This document shows, one piece after another, positions 13,178 to 42,384 of a stretch of 64,000 nt of DNA; position 1 is the stretch's first letter, and each line of letters starts with the position of its first letter. Under the pieces are notes generated by a model. The model was given only the letters and a program-made list of their open reading frames with translations. It had not been told where the DNA came from and made no database searches. This DNA is from Paraspadella gotoi. Its lineage: Eukaryota > Animalia > Chaetognatha. The DNA is taken from positions 5,445,991-5,509,990 of the forward strand of contig CM119271.1 of the NCBI GenBank assembly GCA_051294375.1. Reading direction: 5' to 3'. Both the position numbers and the translations under genes were made by a program.

Positions 13178-13759
13178 TTAACTCCAAATAAATTCGTTGT
13201 GAACAGTCAAAATTTGTTTTCTTAAAAAAAAAAAAAATAATAAAGAGAAACTATCAGTTAGATAAACGGTGATAATTGTGAAAAGAATCTCGTCACCTGC
13301 CAATGTACCAACAGCAATAACGGCCGTAAAGAATTTCACTTAAAGCCCCGACTATAACCGTCGTCAAAAATCCATTTCAATAATTGAGGGCGTTTTGGTT
13401 ATTCCCTCTTTAACGTTTTTTTCTTTTCTGTTTGCTAATCTCTCTTTATATTTCAGTATCGTTCCCTTTCTTTACCCTTCTTTCTTCTCGCCCACACCCC
13501 CTGTTTATTATTATGAACGTACTTAATGATAGACCCATAGACTATGGATTAAGATCTATTAGATAAATAATTAATGACATTAGCAATATATTTCATGGAG
13601 ATCCCACAGAAGATTGAATCTATGCCATCGAAAAAATTTATCCAGCATCGTAATTATAATGGAAATTATTATAATGAAAGTTGCAAAATTACTTGTTTCA
13701 CTCTTTTTATTTTTTAATTTTTTTAGATTTAAAATAACTATTATTTATGATTTCATCGA

Positions 13760-14215
13760 AGGAATCGAATCGGAATCGAATCGGAATCGAATCGGAATCG
13801 AATCGGAATCGAATCGGAATCGAATCGGAATCGAAATCGGAATCGAATCGGAATCGAATCGGAATCGAATCGGAATCGAATCGAGAATCGAATCGGAATC
13901 GAATCGGAATCGAATCGGAATCGAATCGGAATCGAATCGGAATCGAATCGGAATCGAATCGAGAATCGAATCGGAATCGAATCGGAATCGAATCGGAATC
14001 GAATCGGAATCGAATCGGAATCGAATCGGAATCGAATCGGAATCGAATCGGAATCGAATCGGAATCGAAACGGAATCGAACATGATCGGAATTAACGAAT
14101 CAAACGAATCGAATTGAATCGAATCATCAATCACGAAATCGAATATCGGAATCAATCGGAATCCGGAATCAACGACAAATGAATCAAGAATCAAATGATC
14201 GAATCGAATCAAATC
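13760..14215. repeat. (GAATC-GGAATC)n 11-bp minisatellite, degenerating 3'
   Basis: Visible tandem gaatcggaatc units. Confidence 0.95.
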
Positions 14216-14562
14216 GAGTGACTCGGTGATTCAACCAAGGGACTCGATGATTGGATGAATCACCATCGGAATCTGACCCATAGAGAAGAGGAGCCTTCAT
14301 GCCATCGGAAAAGGAAAGCCCACGTCGATGATCCGGTTCCCTGTATAAATAGGGAACGTTTTGTATTGATTTCATTCTGTCTCACACCGTTCTTCGCTTG
14401 CTATATTTCTGAGAATTAAATCATTTTGGTTTCATGTTGAAATCTTGTCTATTACTTAACTGGGTGGAGGGTGATCGAACCCACGCCTCCGTGTTAAATA
14501 TTAAATATATATTATTTATTTTTTTGATGGGACGTTATGGGGAAATTATTATAATATTATTA

Positions 14563-14605
<43 letters not shown>

Positions 14606-15388
14606 TATAATAATAATAATAATAATAATCAAATGAATAATAATGATAAACCTCATCTATTAATTCTCATCCAACCCATTTCTTCTTTCTTCCCTTCATC
14701 CTTTTTTTCTTAAAGGTGAGGCGAACGAGTCATTACCTCGACATCCAGTGTAATCGAATCTACGCAAATCGTCTTCGTCGTCGTCGTCGTCATCGTCGTC
14801 GATCATCCCGGGCGTCAACCTCACCCGCCTCGCAGTAAAAAAATTCCCGTTTTTTTTTTTTTAGGTTTTTCTCGAGTCTGAGCGAAAGAGAAAATGAATC
14901 CAAAAATAGCGTCCGTTCCCTTTATACCTACGAGACGTCTTGTTTTTCTTTTTCCACTCCAAAAAGAATAAACCGGATCTGGGAAAGGAGAGCGAGAGAA
15001 AGTAGGAGGCAGCGCGGGCAGCTGCGCGTGCTGCGGCGCGTGCTGCGGCACGGCAAAAAAAAAGTTTTTATTTTGGTTCTATGACGAAAACGTTTCGACG
15101 GCGGCGTCGGCGGCTACGGCGGCGGCGTTCGGCTGCGGAGCGGGCGTCGATCCCTAATCGCGGAAAGATATAAATTTGGTTCGACGCTGATCGCTCTCAC
15201 TTTCTTTCGCGGACCTGAAGTGAAATCGACCTCATTTCGATTTATTAAAAAAATAAACCAAACGCCAAAAACAAATTAAAACAAAGCAATTTTTTTTCGC
15301 TTCATCTTATCGAAACAACTTTTAATTAACATTCGACAACAACAATAAATTGACGAAACACCGATATAGTGGGGAAAAAAAAAAGAAA

Positions 15389-22998
<7,610 letters not shown>

Positions 22999-23353
22999 GA
23001 AACATCGCATCAAAACAAACAATACATTAACTCAAAACAAAGAAACAACAAAAAAAAAACACAAAATTAACTCAACCGATTTTATATATAAAAAAAATTT
23101 TGTTTCTCCAATGAGCGAAATTTTTTTGTATTTGATAATTTATTTTCAATCTCTCATAGAGATCGTGCATTGATATTTAATCATTCGTGTAAATATCCAA
23201 CATGACGGGAAGGCTCCTTTCACCGTCATCTGAATTCAGTGAATACTAATAAANNNNNNNNNNNNNNNNNNNNNNNNNNNNNNNNNNNNNNNNNNNNNNN
23301 NNNNNNNNNNNNNNNNNNNNNNNNNNNNNNNNNNNNNNNNNNNNNNNNNNNNN

Positions 23354-24261
23354 GCGGCAAAGGGTTCTACAACGTGGGCAGTCAGAAGCAGACTTGCAGG
23401 GTCGGCTACGACAGTCCCGGCAATGGAATCTACTATGGAGTTGAGGGACAGTGGATGCCGCCTCTGAGGCCGGAATGCAAAGGTGAGATATATGAGCGGA
23501 TACGAGTTAAGGATAATATTCTTTATTGCTTGAATGATTACAAAAGAAGAACGCTTTTTATAAGTTTCATCTCCATCTTTCAAATCCAGACGTAAACGAA
23601 TGCCTCCAAAAAACTGCCTGCCCCGATACGTATAAATGCACGAACATTCGAGGCAGCTACGAGTGCCGATGTCCGACGGACACCATCGAGGACGGCGACA
23701 GGTGTCTCAAAGTGAAGAGATGCTCGGGCCACTTGAGAGCCAAGGCCTTTAAGTTCGACGCACGACTTCGGGATCCGAACAGCGCAGAGTTTAAAGCGAT
23801 GACGCTCAACATGAGCAACGAGGTACAACTTACCTTTGGTCGACAGTTTCGTGCCGCCTCAGTTTTTTTATGGTTACCCGTATAGAAAAAGTTACGATAA
23901 ACAATAAGAAACGATTTTATCTCGGTGCGATGTTAACATTATAAACAAACAACGACCAGTATAAGTTTCTCGTGTAGATTTTTAACCATACACGCCCTCC
24001 TTTCTCTCCTTTCCAGTTGAGCCAAGTGATCACGCCCGTTTTTCAATTCTCCGCACCGATCGTGACCCCCGCGGATTCCGCAACGGATCCGTCATCGTCG
24101 ACTTCCACGTGGTGGCGATAGAGACGCCGGTCAACGTCAAACTCGATCGCGAAGACATCATGAACGCGATTCGGTTTAACGTCGAGACTTACCCGAACGG
24201 ACCGGCTTTTGAAGCCGCATCGCTTAATGTGGAGGGTGAGTTTGAAGGGGGAAAAGGGTGA

Positions 24262-24305
<44 letters not shown>

Positions 24306-24370
24306 AGAAGAAAGAAAGAAAGAAAGAAAGAAAGAAGAAAGAAAGAAAGAAAGAAAATAAGATGAATAAA

Positions 24371-24401
<31 letters not shown>

Positions 24402-25101
24402 AAATATCCACAACCTGTCCAACCCTTTCAGATCCAGACGAATGCGCTTCCTCTCTCTCCAACGACTGCTCCCCCTACCCCACTTGCTCCAACGAGCGAC
24501 TCACCTTCTCCTGCTCCTGCTGGCCCGCTACCGCGACTCCAGCGCCGACTCTACTCGCCCGGGTCGGGTCTGCGAGAAAGATCGCCGACGACGCCGTCAA
24601 TCTGACGGCGCGCTTCGAGGATCATCTCGAGGAGTCCGGACGTCGACTCGACGATCTCGAGCGGACGCGCGTTGGCGTCAATGCCTTCGACGAGCGCGTG
24701 CGGGCGGACGAGGCCAGGGCGAAGGCGTGGACAGTGGTGTCCGCCGTATTCATCGTCGTCGTCGTCGTTTTATTCGTCGTTCTCGTCGTCTTCATGATCT
24801 GGTCGAGACGAAAGTTGAGATCGAAGGATTTCGTCAACTACGCGTAAGAAACATCGCATCAAACAAAACAATACATTAACTCAAAACAAAGAAACAACAA
24901 AAAAAACCACAAAATTAACTCAACCGATTTATATATAAAAAAAATTTTGTTTCTCCAATGAGCGAAATTTTTTTGTATTTGATAATTTATTTTCAATCTC
25001 TCATAGAGATCGTGCATTGATATTTAATCATTCGTGTAAATATCCAACATGACGGGAAGGCTCTCCTTTCACACGTCATCTGAATTCAGTGAATACTAAT
25101 A
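23354..25101 (+). other. Near-identical second copy of the 3' part of collagen-ZP gene A (21511-23253), probably an assembly duplicate
   Basis: Starts right after a 100-N gap; exons, introns and 3' flank are almost identical apart from scattered small indels. Confidence 0.8.
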
Positions 25102-25204
25102 AATTGTTATTGCCATCCCCGCAGCGCGGTGGATGAGTATTTGCCTTACCTCGAATGCTTGAATGCATTTCGAAGCCACTCTGGAGAAAATCTCAAAGCT
25201 TGCA

Positions 25205-25273
<69 letters not shown>

Positions 25274-25885
25274 TCTCTCATACCAAGTGATTACCAAATT
25301 GTACGTGAAAAATAGAAATTATGTGAAATTGTGAAAAAAACTTGATATAGAAACAAGATTGAACCAACGCAAAACAATAAGTTCCCTCCGAACATTCGCT
25401 GAAGGGCGACTATCGCTGGGCCTGTTTTCTAAAATTCTAAGAGCTATGGGATAGAGAGGGTGTTCCTCTGACGAAGGTTAGTGAACTGCCCTTTCATTTT
25501 CCCTTTTTACGATAAAAAATAAAATCGTTGTAAAAAATTCAAAAAAAATCTTTGTAAATCTCTCAAAAACAACGAAAAGAAAGAATTAAACTATGAATAA
25601 AAATGACAAAAAAAATCTCGAATACTTTTTCCGCTAATATTCATGTAAAATGTTAAATCATAATTCTCATTATCCTTGATCTTCTGCCTCACTGTTAAAT
25701 TTTGCTTGTCAGAGCTTGTGAAATATTCCTGTATAAAATAATTTGTTTTATTTTGTAGGTAAATAATTTAAATTGAAACAAATTTCGACTGCGAATCAAA
25801 AAAAGAATTTTCCAAAAAAGGAAATATTCTCAAGACAATCCAGGAGGATTTGAATAAACTTTGATCGGCGACGAATTTCTTAGAA

Positions 25886-33921
<8,036 letters not shown>

Positions 33922-35419
33922 TGGAGGATCCTCGTCGACTGATTATTTATTCATTGATGTCGTCATTTTTAATTATTTTTTTTTGTTTTCTCATCCTGTG
34001 AAATTTTTTATTGTTCACGGAAAGTGGATATTTTTTTTTTTTTAATCTGGTTCGTGCAATCAAAACATTAATATTTTTTTTTAAAATCTGCGGCTTACCG
34101 TCGGAGGCAGAGCATTTTAAATTACTTTTGACCCACATTGTTCATCCTCTCTCCGCGCGGCCACTGTGATACCGAAAATAACTTGGTCCATGCTTAAATA
34201 GAGCGAATGATGTAACGAGGATTCGTCTCTATTTTTGCTCTTAATTTTTTTTTTATACAAAATATATATTTTGTACAACGAAGAGATTTAAAAAAAAAAA
34301 ACCTTAACTGACTACATTCCCCTACATACTATAATTTAGACAAAGTCGTCAAGATAATCCCGTCAATGCAGAGAAAAAAGACAATCACGTCTCTAAAAAA
34401 AGTGAGAAGCCCGAAAGTATTTCGTCTTCGAAGGGAGACAATGCCGTCGAGCGCTTCTCTGTCTCTGTCTCGTTTCTCTCGCTCTCTGTCTATTTTCTAT
34501 TCCCCTTGTTTATCCTCCTCATTGCTTCAATCCGGACGAAGGTTCGATCGTTGCTTGAGGAAATAAAATATTTTCACTTTTTCCTCGATTCATCTTGAGT
34601 AATAATGAAGAAGATCTGACCTTCATATTGCCGAACATAATTTTTTCAATTGTCAAATCAATTCAACAGATTTCGTTTCTTGCATATCGTTCCTTAGTAG
34701 TATGTAGCACTTTTTATGTTTTAAATTGTTTTGTACCGAACCGATGCTCTCACTCGTTCTTAATTAAAATATGTGCCAATTATTGAAAACGGAATTTTTC
34801 TTCGTCGATCGAAAATGCACTCAGTTATCTTGGTAATTAATTTTAGTTCGTTTGACTCACTTTTTTTTAATTGATTTACGAGATCCCTCTGGGAAAGTAC
34901 AGGGATCTGCGTCGGAAAGAACCAAATAAACCATTGATTTCGGATTTTAGGTATTGAACTCGAGTACTGAAGTGTTCTCGGATTAAGGCGTTGAAAATCG
35001 TCACGATTCAAGAAGTTTTTTTTGCTATTTGGCGATAAATAAAAATATTTTTTTAGTGCCTTCAAGGAAGCCCCCCTACAGATTCCGCACAGTAGGTACC
35101 GCTCTTGATTCCCCTTAAAATGGGCGTTTTCCTTAACAAGTACCAGAGTTCTACCTAAGTTTAACCTATTCTGAGAGCTTTTTAAATGATAAACAAACAA
35201 CTTATTAAACAAAATTTAAATGGTAAAATAATCGAGTTTTATCTCTTTTACCTCTTTATCGTGAAAAATTTTAATATTTTTATTAAAAATCATGATATTT
35301 TTATTAATTTTTAATGAATAAAATTTAGAGAAAAGATGACGCCAACGATGTCATCTGTCACGAAATTCAAATTTCCTTAAACCAAACAACAAAGACATAT
35401 ATATATAAATTCTGAGGAT

Positions 35420-36130
35420 TGGAGCATAGGAATCTGTTACCATCCTGGCTTGAGCGAGAATCGGTTATCACCACATCCGCTGATCGAGGCATTGGTTTCT
35501 TTTCAAGCGTAAACATTCGCCGAAAACGGACAGAGGGGGACCCAGGGTAATACCAGAACGATTCGCGTTAGTTGGCGTACTGACGGCAACCTGTAAGCAT
35601 TGGTTTTATCCTGTAATGACGCATGGTGACCTTGAAAACAACGATGTTTTTAATCCAAAAGCCAAACCGAGACGATCTCGAAATCTAACAAACATTCGAG
35701 GAAAAGAATGAAACAAATGATGTATTCTCTCGTTGCGCCTCTGTCGACGGAACGAGGAAAACAAAGGAAACATCAAACAAAAGGGCCGCGAACCGAAATG
35801 TGATGGATGTTTTGGGAGGGGGGCGTAAGGGAGAACAAGGAGGTGAAAGAATGGCAGAGGTTGATGGGGAAATGGTTTGGAGGGGACAGGCTTATGGGGA
35901 TTTGGGGATTTGGGACGGGGATTCGAAGACAGGATTTGTGAAAAAAGATGTTTGCAACGGATTTTGTAAACGGCGAGGGACAAGCTTGTTTCTGTAAAGA
36001 CTAGAAAGGGGTCTTGTGGCAACGCATTCACTATCGTCACCCGAATGAGTCCATCGGCGAAGCCCTGTGGCGTAAAAGCGAGAATTCTCTCTCCCACCAG
36101 CGGTCTTGGGTTCGCGCCCGATTGGTGTTG
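35420..36130 (-). mobile_element. Possible degenerate non-LTR retrotransposon endonuclease (APE-type) fragment
   Basis: Minus-strand translation has weak remnants resembling APE motifs (DPFLVFTETSL ~ D(I)xxxxET, VLPYAP, CVITG followed by a broken GDxN). No intact ORF. Confidence 0.3.
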
Positions 36131-37005
36131 ATGCTAGTAAGCGGGACGGCACGACTAACCCGCCTTTAAGGGCAGACTACAGTCAGATCCGAAGTTCTGA
36201 CACTAGCGAATAGTAAGCGGTACTTTGTCCTCTCTTACCCAAGAATGCGGAAAAGTAAAAAAAAAAATGTTTTGAATTTGGGTCGAACGAGTTTCTTTTT
36301 TTGCGAGTGAAAAATTACAGACAACACTGATACGAGGATTTATTGACTCTATTCGTGTTTGACAAGATATTCTTTTTTCTTTCTTCTGTTTTTGAAATCC
36401 GTTGCGCCCTCTGTTTTCCTTCCTTCCTTTTTTCTCTTTTTCTTTCTTTATATTTTTTCTTTTTTTTTTGTTTCTTCTTTTTCTTTTTTCGTTTTTCTTT
36501 TGTTCTTTTCTGTTTTCTTCCTGCCTTTCTGATTTTCATTCTTTCTTTCTTTCTTTCTTTGTGTCTTTAGCTGTTTCTTTAGCTTTTTCTTTGTTTATTT
36601 CCTCTCTTTTTCCAGGTTTCTTTCTGTAAATAGCCTTTTTTTATTACCCAATAAATTATACAATTTTTCCCTCTTTTTCCCCCCATTTTTTCCTGGTACC
36701 TAACATATTTAACTATTAAAAGAATTTGTCATTTATTCTCTACTGTGAGCATTTTTCCGTTATTTTCTTAAATAATTTTTCTCTTTTGTCCGCACCCACT
36801 AGATCTCTCCTTGGGAAATGACATTTTTTCTTGCAAAAATATAATGGTGCAGCCACTGGCGTTCCTTTCCCTCAACACGATCACTCTTATTAAAATTTAG
36901 ACCCTAACGATTTTTTAAAGCAGCAAATAAACTCATAATTTACTGCGTTTCTTACATTGTATTCAAAAAAATATATAATTTTCGTTTGTTTTTTTTTTCT
37001 TAATC

Positions 37006-39529
37006 ATGAGTTTCGACCATAACGGGTCTGGCGACGAGCCATCTCTCCAGCCAACGGCGCCGAATATCCTAACGGCCGTGACCGTCCGGACGCTTTTCCG
37101 GACGTTTCCGCCCACTACAGCCGGCGATGTCAGTCTCGCCGCTTTCGTCCTCATGAGTCGCAACGTCTTGGAGGAATTTTCCGGCATCTCGGCGCCTCGG
37201 ATCTCGGCGCCGTCGCCGGCGTCGCCCGCGCGTGGCGAGACGAAGTGGATCGGCTTCGTCGCGCCGCGATTCGACGCCGGGCGATCTTGGGCTTTGAGTT
37301 GAAATCGCTGGAAGAGGGATATTGCCGCAGCAAAGATCGCGTCAAGTAACAGACTCTGTCTCTTAGAACATCTGTCAGCCTATCCCCTTGGTGTTGGAAA
37401 TTGAAATAGTCATAAATTAAATCATCAAGTCTCTCGATGCAGATTTTAACCCGATCTGCTTCTCACAGATTTCGGCAATGTAATTCACTTGTCGGTCTGT
37501 CGATCGCCCCCATAGTTAGGTCGGTCAGTCACTTAACTCATCATAAAAAGCGAGCCAATTTACAAATGAGAGAAACAAAGAATAACCGAATCAAAAGATA
37601 TTATAAGATTTATCATAACAAGACGCTAAATTTTCTAAAACTTGTTTATACATCCCTCTTATCTCTTTTGTTTATGATCACAGAATCAAAATGGCGCGGT
37701 TCATGGCTCGGTTCGCTCCTTCCGAAGCCATAAGCGTCTACTACGTGAGCTTTTACTCACCAAGATTTGGCCCAAAGCTCGACTACGTGCACAATGACTA
37801 TGAATGGTAATTACATTACCCAATTCAACATATGTTTCACGGTTACTTTACCGAAAATGCTAGAGTATCCTGTGCTCCTATAACCTATAATCGGTTTAGT
37901 TTCAATTTTTATCGTTTCTACATCTTTACAGCTGGTCCGACGTGGTAAGCGACGTGAATTTTTTGTACCACAAAATTCTGGACATGAACCGCCACTCGCT
38001 CTCGATTTCGCCGAACTTTCGTCGCCTTGTGGACGGAACGTCCGTCGCCGAGGAGCTCGAGCGGTTGCGAAACCTCGCGGCTTCTTTTCCGTCCGACAAT
38101 CCCGCTCTGCTGCCTCACCTTCGAAACCTTACCTTATGGTTTTCGGAACCTTTAAACTTGACGCTTCGCGAGTTAGTGACGGCGGCGCCGAATCTAGAGG
38201 TTTTTATTTTTTATTTATCATAGTTTTTTCGGTTCTTTTTTTTCGTTGGATCAAAATGACCAAACAAATTTATGTTTTTTTTTTTTTTAGGTTTTGAAAG
38301 TGCGAGAAGAATTCTTTCCGCGGGAAGAGTGCATTGCCGAATTCATGGCGTCTCTGGAAAGTGGTGAATTTCAAAAGTAACGGCGTAGCAATGTCCGAAA
38401 CGTTGCTACAATTATATATTTAAAAAAATAATAATGTTAAATTATGATGAACTAAAATCCATCCAAATTAACGCCGCAGGCAAATCATTCGCCCAAACTT
38501 ACGCCCAGTTAAGTGGGACGGTCTGCTTAATTTGCCTATATATTAATAATAAAAAATGGTGGTGCAACGTGGAACATTAGTCCACCGCCGATCTCTTGAC
38601 AACGTGGAGTCCACATTCCTCTTATTTGGTTCTTATTCCTTTATTCCTCCGTCCCATTTTTAGCCAAGAACCTCCATTCCTTTGCCTATGTGGCCTGCAG
38701 AGACGAGGCAAAGCCCCTGATCGAGGCTCTGGTAGATTCGCGCAGAGATTCTCTACAACGGCTTTTTATCTACAGCGGAAGTCAAGTATTTGGCAATAAA
38801 GAAGAAGAATACATCATAGATGTCGCCCTGAAGATCTCTCGTTGGTTTTTAAATTTCCAGTCTGGCTGTCTGACAGTCGCATCCGTTTATAGTAGTTGAG
38901 TATAATCATCTTTATAGTAGTTGAGTATAATCATCTTTAGGATTTAAGGCTTTGAAGAAATTGTCCATCTTTTTGGGTCGAAATCCCATGAAGAAGTGGT
39001 TTCTCTCCACACTGGCGAAGGGTCTCGGCCAGACTCTTGAGGACTTTCACGTCATCATCGAGTTAAAGGACGTGGACGAGCTGCTCAAGTTTGAAAGGTT
39101 GAAGGTGAAGACAATAAACATGTGTTATGAAATTGGTACAACCAATATAAAAATTATCCATTCATTCAATAAATAAGCTATCTTGCCCCTGACTTTGGAC
39201 AGGCTTTGGTGGTTTAAGGCCTCCATCACTCTTACAAGATAATGACATAGCAGGTCCCTGCAAGCTTTCAATCAAGACTCTCTCACAGTCTCGTTTATTC
39301 ACTCCCAGAGTACCTGGCTTCCCTATCAATGAAGTGGAAAATATTTCAAAGAATGTTTCAATTGTATGAAAAGACCACTCCCTTAAGTATTAGATCGGGG
39401 AATACTTATTGTACTCCGCACTAGCATCAAAATACACGAAAGAACATCTTGAATTTGGGAGTCAATAACCTCCTACAAAGACGGCCACGTCCCGGAATAA
39501 GTGGCTGGAGAGAGAGAAGAGAAGAGAGA

Positions 39530-39587
<58 letters not shown>

Positions 39588-41018
39588 GAGAATCAAGGGT
39601 AGACAGGACCAGTCTGCCTGTCTGTATGTCGGTCTGCCTACCTGACTTTGTGTTTTAATGAAACATGCATAATCTAAGTGTCTTAAGGAGTTGCTACTCA
39701 ACTAAAAGAGTCAATGCGGGGCAACAACTTGAACATTAAATTACCATTACCGTTACGCATTAGGATAAGTTCTAAATATTGCCTTTGTTTTTGCAGAAAC
39801 TGAAATCAAGGATCCAAGTAGAAGACTGGCGCAGTGGGACACCGAATGAGAAGCGCGGATTATATTTCGACGTGAATGATGATGTCGGTGAGGAACGAGG
39901 GTCCATTTCACCTATCTACTGGGTTCCTATTTCATTTTAATTTATTTTATTATTTCTTTTCTTTTCTTTTCTTTTCTTTTCTTTTCTTTTCTTTTCTTTT
40001 CTTTTCTTTTCTTTTCTTTTCTTTTCTTTTCTTTTCTTTTCTTCTTTTTGTTTTAAACCACAAAATCCAAAATTTTCTAGACGATGAAGAGAAGGAGAAT
40101 TTCTGGCGTCAACACCCGATCAAATCCGTCAACGTTTTCCTCATGAAAGGTCCCCAATATTTTTTTTTTCTTAAAGGGACGACGTCCCTTTCTACTCTTA
40201 CGTCTCCTTTATTTATTTTTGTCGCTTTGCTCCGAGGCTCATTTATTTTCTATCCCTTTACAACATCATACTATTTTCATCGTAATTACTTTTTTACACT
40301 ATTTTTCGCTCATAAATTTCGCAGGCTCATGTTTTAACAAAAAAGCGATCGAACCTCAGCCAATTGTCAATTACCTCAGCCGACGATGGGGTCACTGCGA
40401 AGAGTTCGAGCTCGAGAAAAATGACGAAGCTTTTTTGGACGATGGCGTTAGTAGTAGTTTGAGGGGAGATAGTGTTTTTAGTTGCGCCGCGAGTACTCGA
40501 GGAGCAACTCTATAAATCACTTTTCGGTCGGTTTGTCGGTCATTTTTTAAGACAGAAAAAAACCTCAAATATGAGGGACTGCTAGCGCCGCCTTCAGGAA
40601 ATTCTAAAACTGTAAGGTATAAAAGACGGAATTTCGATGCAGTGCAAGTCATAAATACACGGGCTCAGAAAGTGTTTTAGTCATGTCATGTCATGTCATA
40701 TCATGTTATCAAAGAGAACTACACATTAAAATAAAGTCAGTACGGTGCAACACATTGGAATCACCGTTCTTGTTTTTCTTTGCATTGGTTGATTGGTTCG
40801 TTAACTGTTTATCCAGAAAAAGGTAATTTAAAGAAGTAGATTAGGGACTAGGCAGGGTTTGACCTTATTGTGAAAATCGGTATCTTCTCAAGGCATACTA
40901 AAAATAAATTCTTAATTTTCAGAAACAACATCAAGGTTTTTTCAATGACGAAAGGTATGAACGCGAATGCCGATTTTACCTCAACGAAATTTCAAAGGAC
41001 TTTGAAGACTTCGGTTGA
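37006..41018 (+). CDS. F-box/leucine-rich-repeat-type protein, ~10 exons
   Basis: With one 1-nt correction near 37176, exon 1 reads LMSRNVLEEIFRHLGASDLGAVAGVARAWRD (F-box). Later exons (37684-37806, 37932-38199, 38291-, 38664-, 38940-39104, 39797-, 40081-, 40325-, 40923-41018) give LPHLRNLTLW, APNLEVLKV, SLQRLFI and ALKKLSIF LRR-like repeats. The 3' end is uncertain. Confidence 0.7.
39958..40046. repeat. (TTTTC)n microsatellite
   Basis: Visible pentanucleotide run. Confidence 0.9.
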
Positions 41019-41356
41019 TTTAAAAAAAAAATTATTGATTGGATTGATTGCTTTTCTTTTGAAAACTACCGCCTTTTTCTGACTTAACGAATTTGAAAAT
41101 AAAATAAGAGTAATGTAGTAAGTATTTACTGTTTAATGAAAACAAATTAGTAAAGACAAGAGTAAAAAAAAACAATCAATTTTGATTATAACACTAGCGT
41201 TTTTGAATAATTTGGTTGTTGCGTATAAATAAAATATTTTAAAAATTAGTCAAAAAGAAGTTTGTGTATATTTTAAAAGTGGAAATCATAGAATCGTTTC
41301 ACTTTTAAACCTTATAAGCGTTTTACTATTGGCGCACACCATTTTTCAACTTTCTT

Positions 41357-41595
41357 TTAGCAGATTCGAAAAAGGAAAGTTTTTAATATTTTTACAACGA
41401 TTTTATAACAAATTATTGAACATGTTTGGACATGTTTCGACTCTCGTTTCGTTCGAGTCTTCATCACATGCTGAAGTGAAGTGAAGTCTTCATCACACAC
41501 GAAACAAGAGCCGTAACATGTCCAAACATGTTCAATAATTTGTAATAAAATCGTTGTAAAAATATTAAAAAACTTTCCTTTTTCGAATCTGCTAA
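41357..41595. mobile_element. ~240-bp palindromic element with ~95-bp inverted arms, containing a degenerate hammerhead motif
   Basis: ttagcagattcgaaaaaggaaagttttt...gaacatgtttggacatgtt / aacatgtccaaacatgttc...aactttcctttttcgaatctgctaa; TA at both ends. Confidence 0.8.
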
Positions 41596-41966
41596 TCTTA
41601 TGAACAACGGAAAGAGAGAAAATACACAACTTTCTTTTAGTTAATTTTTTTCCCTTCTTTTTTTTGTTCGTCATCCTTTTTGTCAAATTTTTTTTCGCTT
41701 GTTCATTTATTTGCAATTTTGCTGCTTTATTCTTCTTCCCAGATCTTTTAATCATGCAATTTCATTAATGATTTCATCTGTCTTTTGCAATTAACTTTTA
41801 CTTCCATTAATCTCGTACACTCGCTTATCGGTTGGCCCTAGAGATAAACATACGTAAAACGGTTTGTCAATTGTTATCTCCGTTACCCGTATCTTTCGCG
41901 CATCGCACAAACTGTTTAACCATGGATCCGGTCTCACATCAGTTTGCATTTGATTATCGGTTTCAA

Positions 41967-42035
<69 letters not shown>

Positions 42036-42300
42036 ATGCACGCAACTCTCTATCGCACGCCGGGTGCGACGCGGGAACTCCTCATACATTCCGGGACAGA
42101 GAAGAAGATAGAGAGATAGGAGAGAGGGAGAGGAGAAGAGAAGAGAGGAAGAGAGAGAGAGAGAGACGAGAGCAGAGAGTAGAATGAGAGAGAGAAGAGA
42201 GAGAAACTCAAGGATGCCCGGCCCGATTCTGGCCCTTTCTTTCCAGACCGGAGGGCGGCAGTGCGTGTTCAACAAAGAGAAACCAAATATTACGATTGTT

Positions 42301-42334
<34 letters not shown>

Positions 42335-42347
42335 GAGACAGAGAGAT

Positions 42348-42384
<37 letters not shown>

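Noticed and set aside
13614-14212. ORFs with IGIESESNRNR / IPIRFRFDSDS repeats, or a CRISPR-like array
   Set aside because: Translation of an 11-bp minisatellite with no unique spacers.
14461-14496. tRNA gene on the minus strand (GGTTCGATC B box)
   Set aside because: Only a 3' half is visible, with no cloverleaf.
23354-25101. Third collagen-ZP gene or alternative 3' end
   Set aside because: Introns and flank are near-identical to 21511-23253, it begins at a round 100-N gap, and it differs mainly by small indels: most likely an unmerged overlap or haplotype.
38886-38937. 25-bp direct tandem duplication in an F-box intron
   Set aside because: Simple local slippage next to an acceptor, with no further structure.
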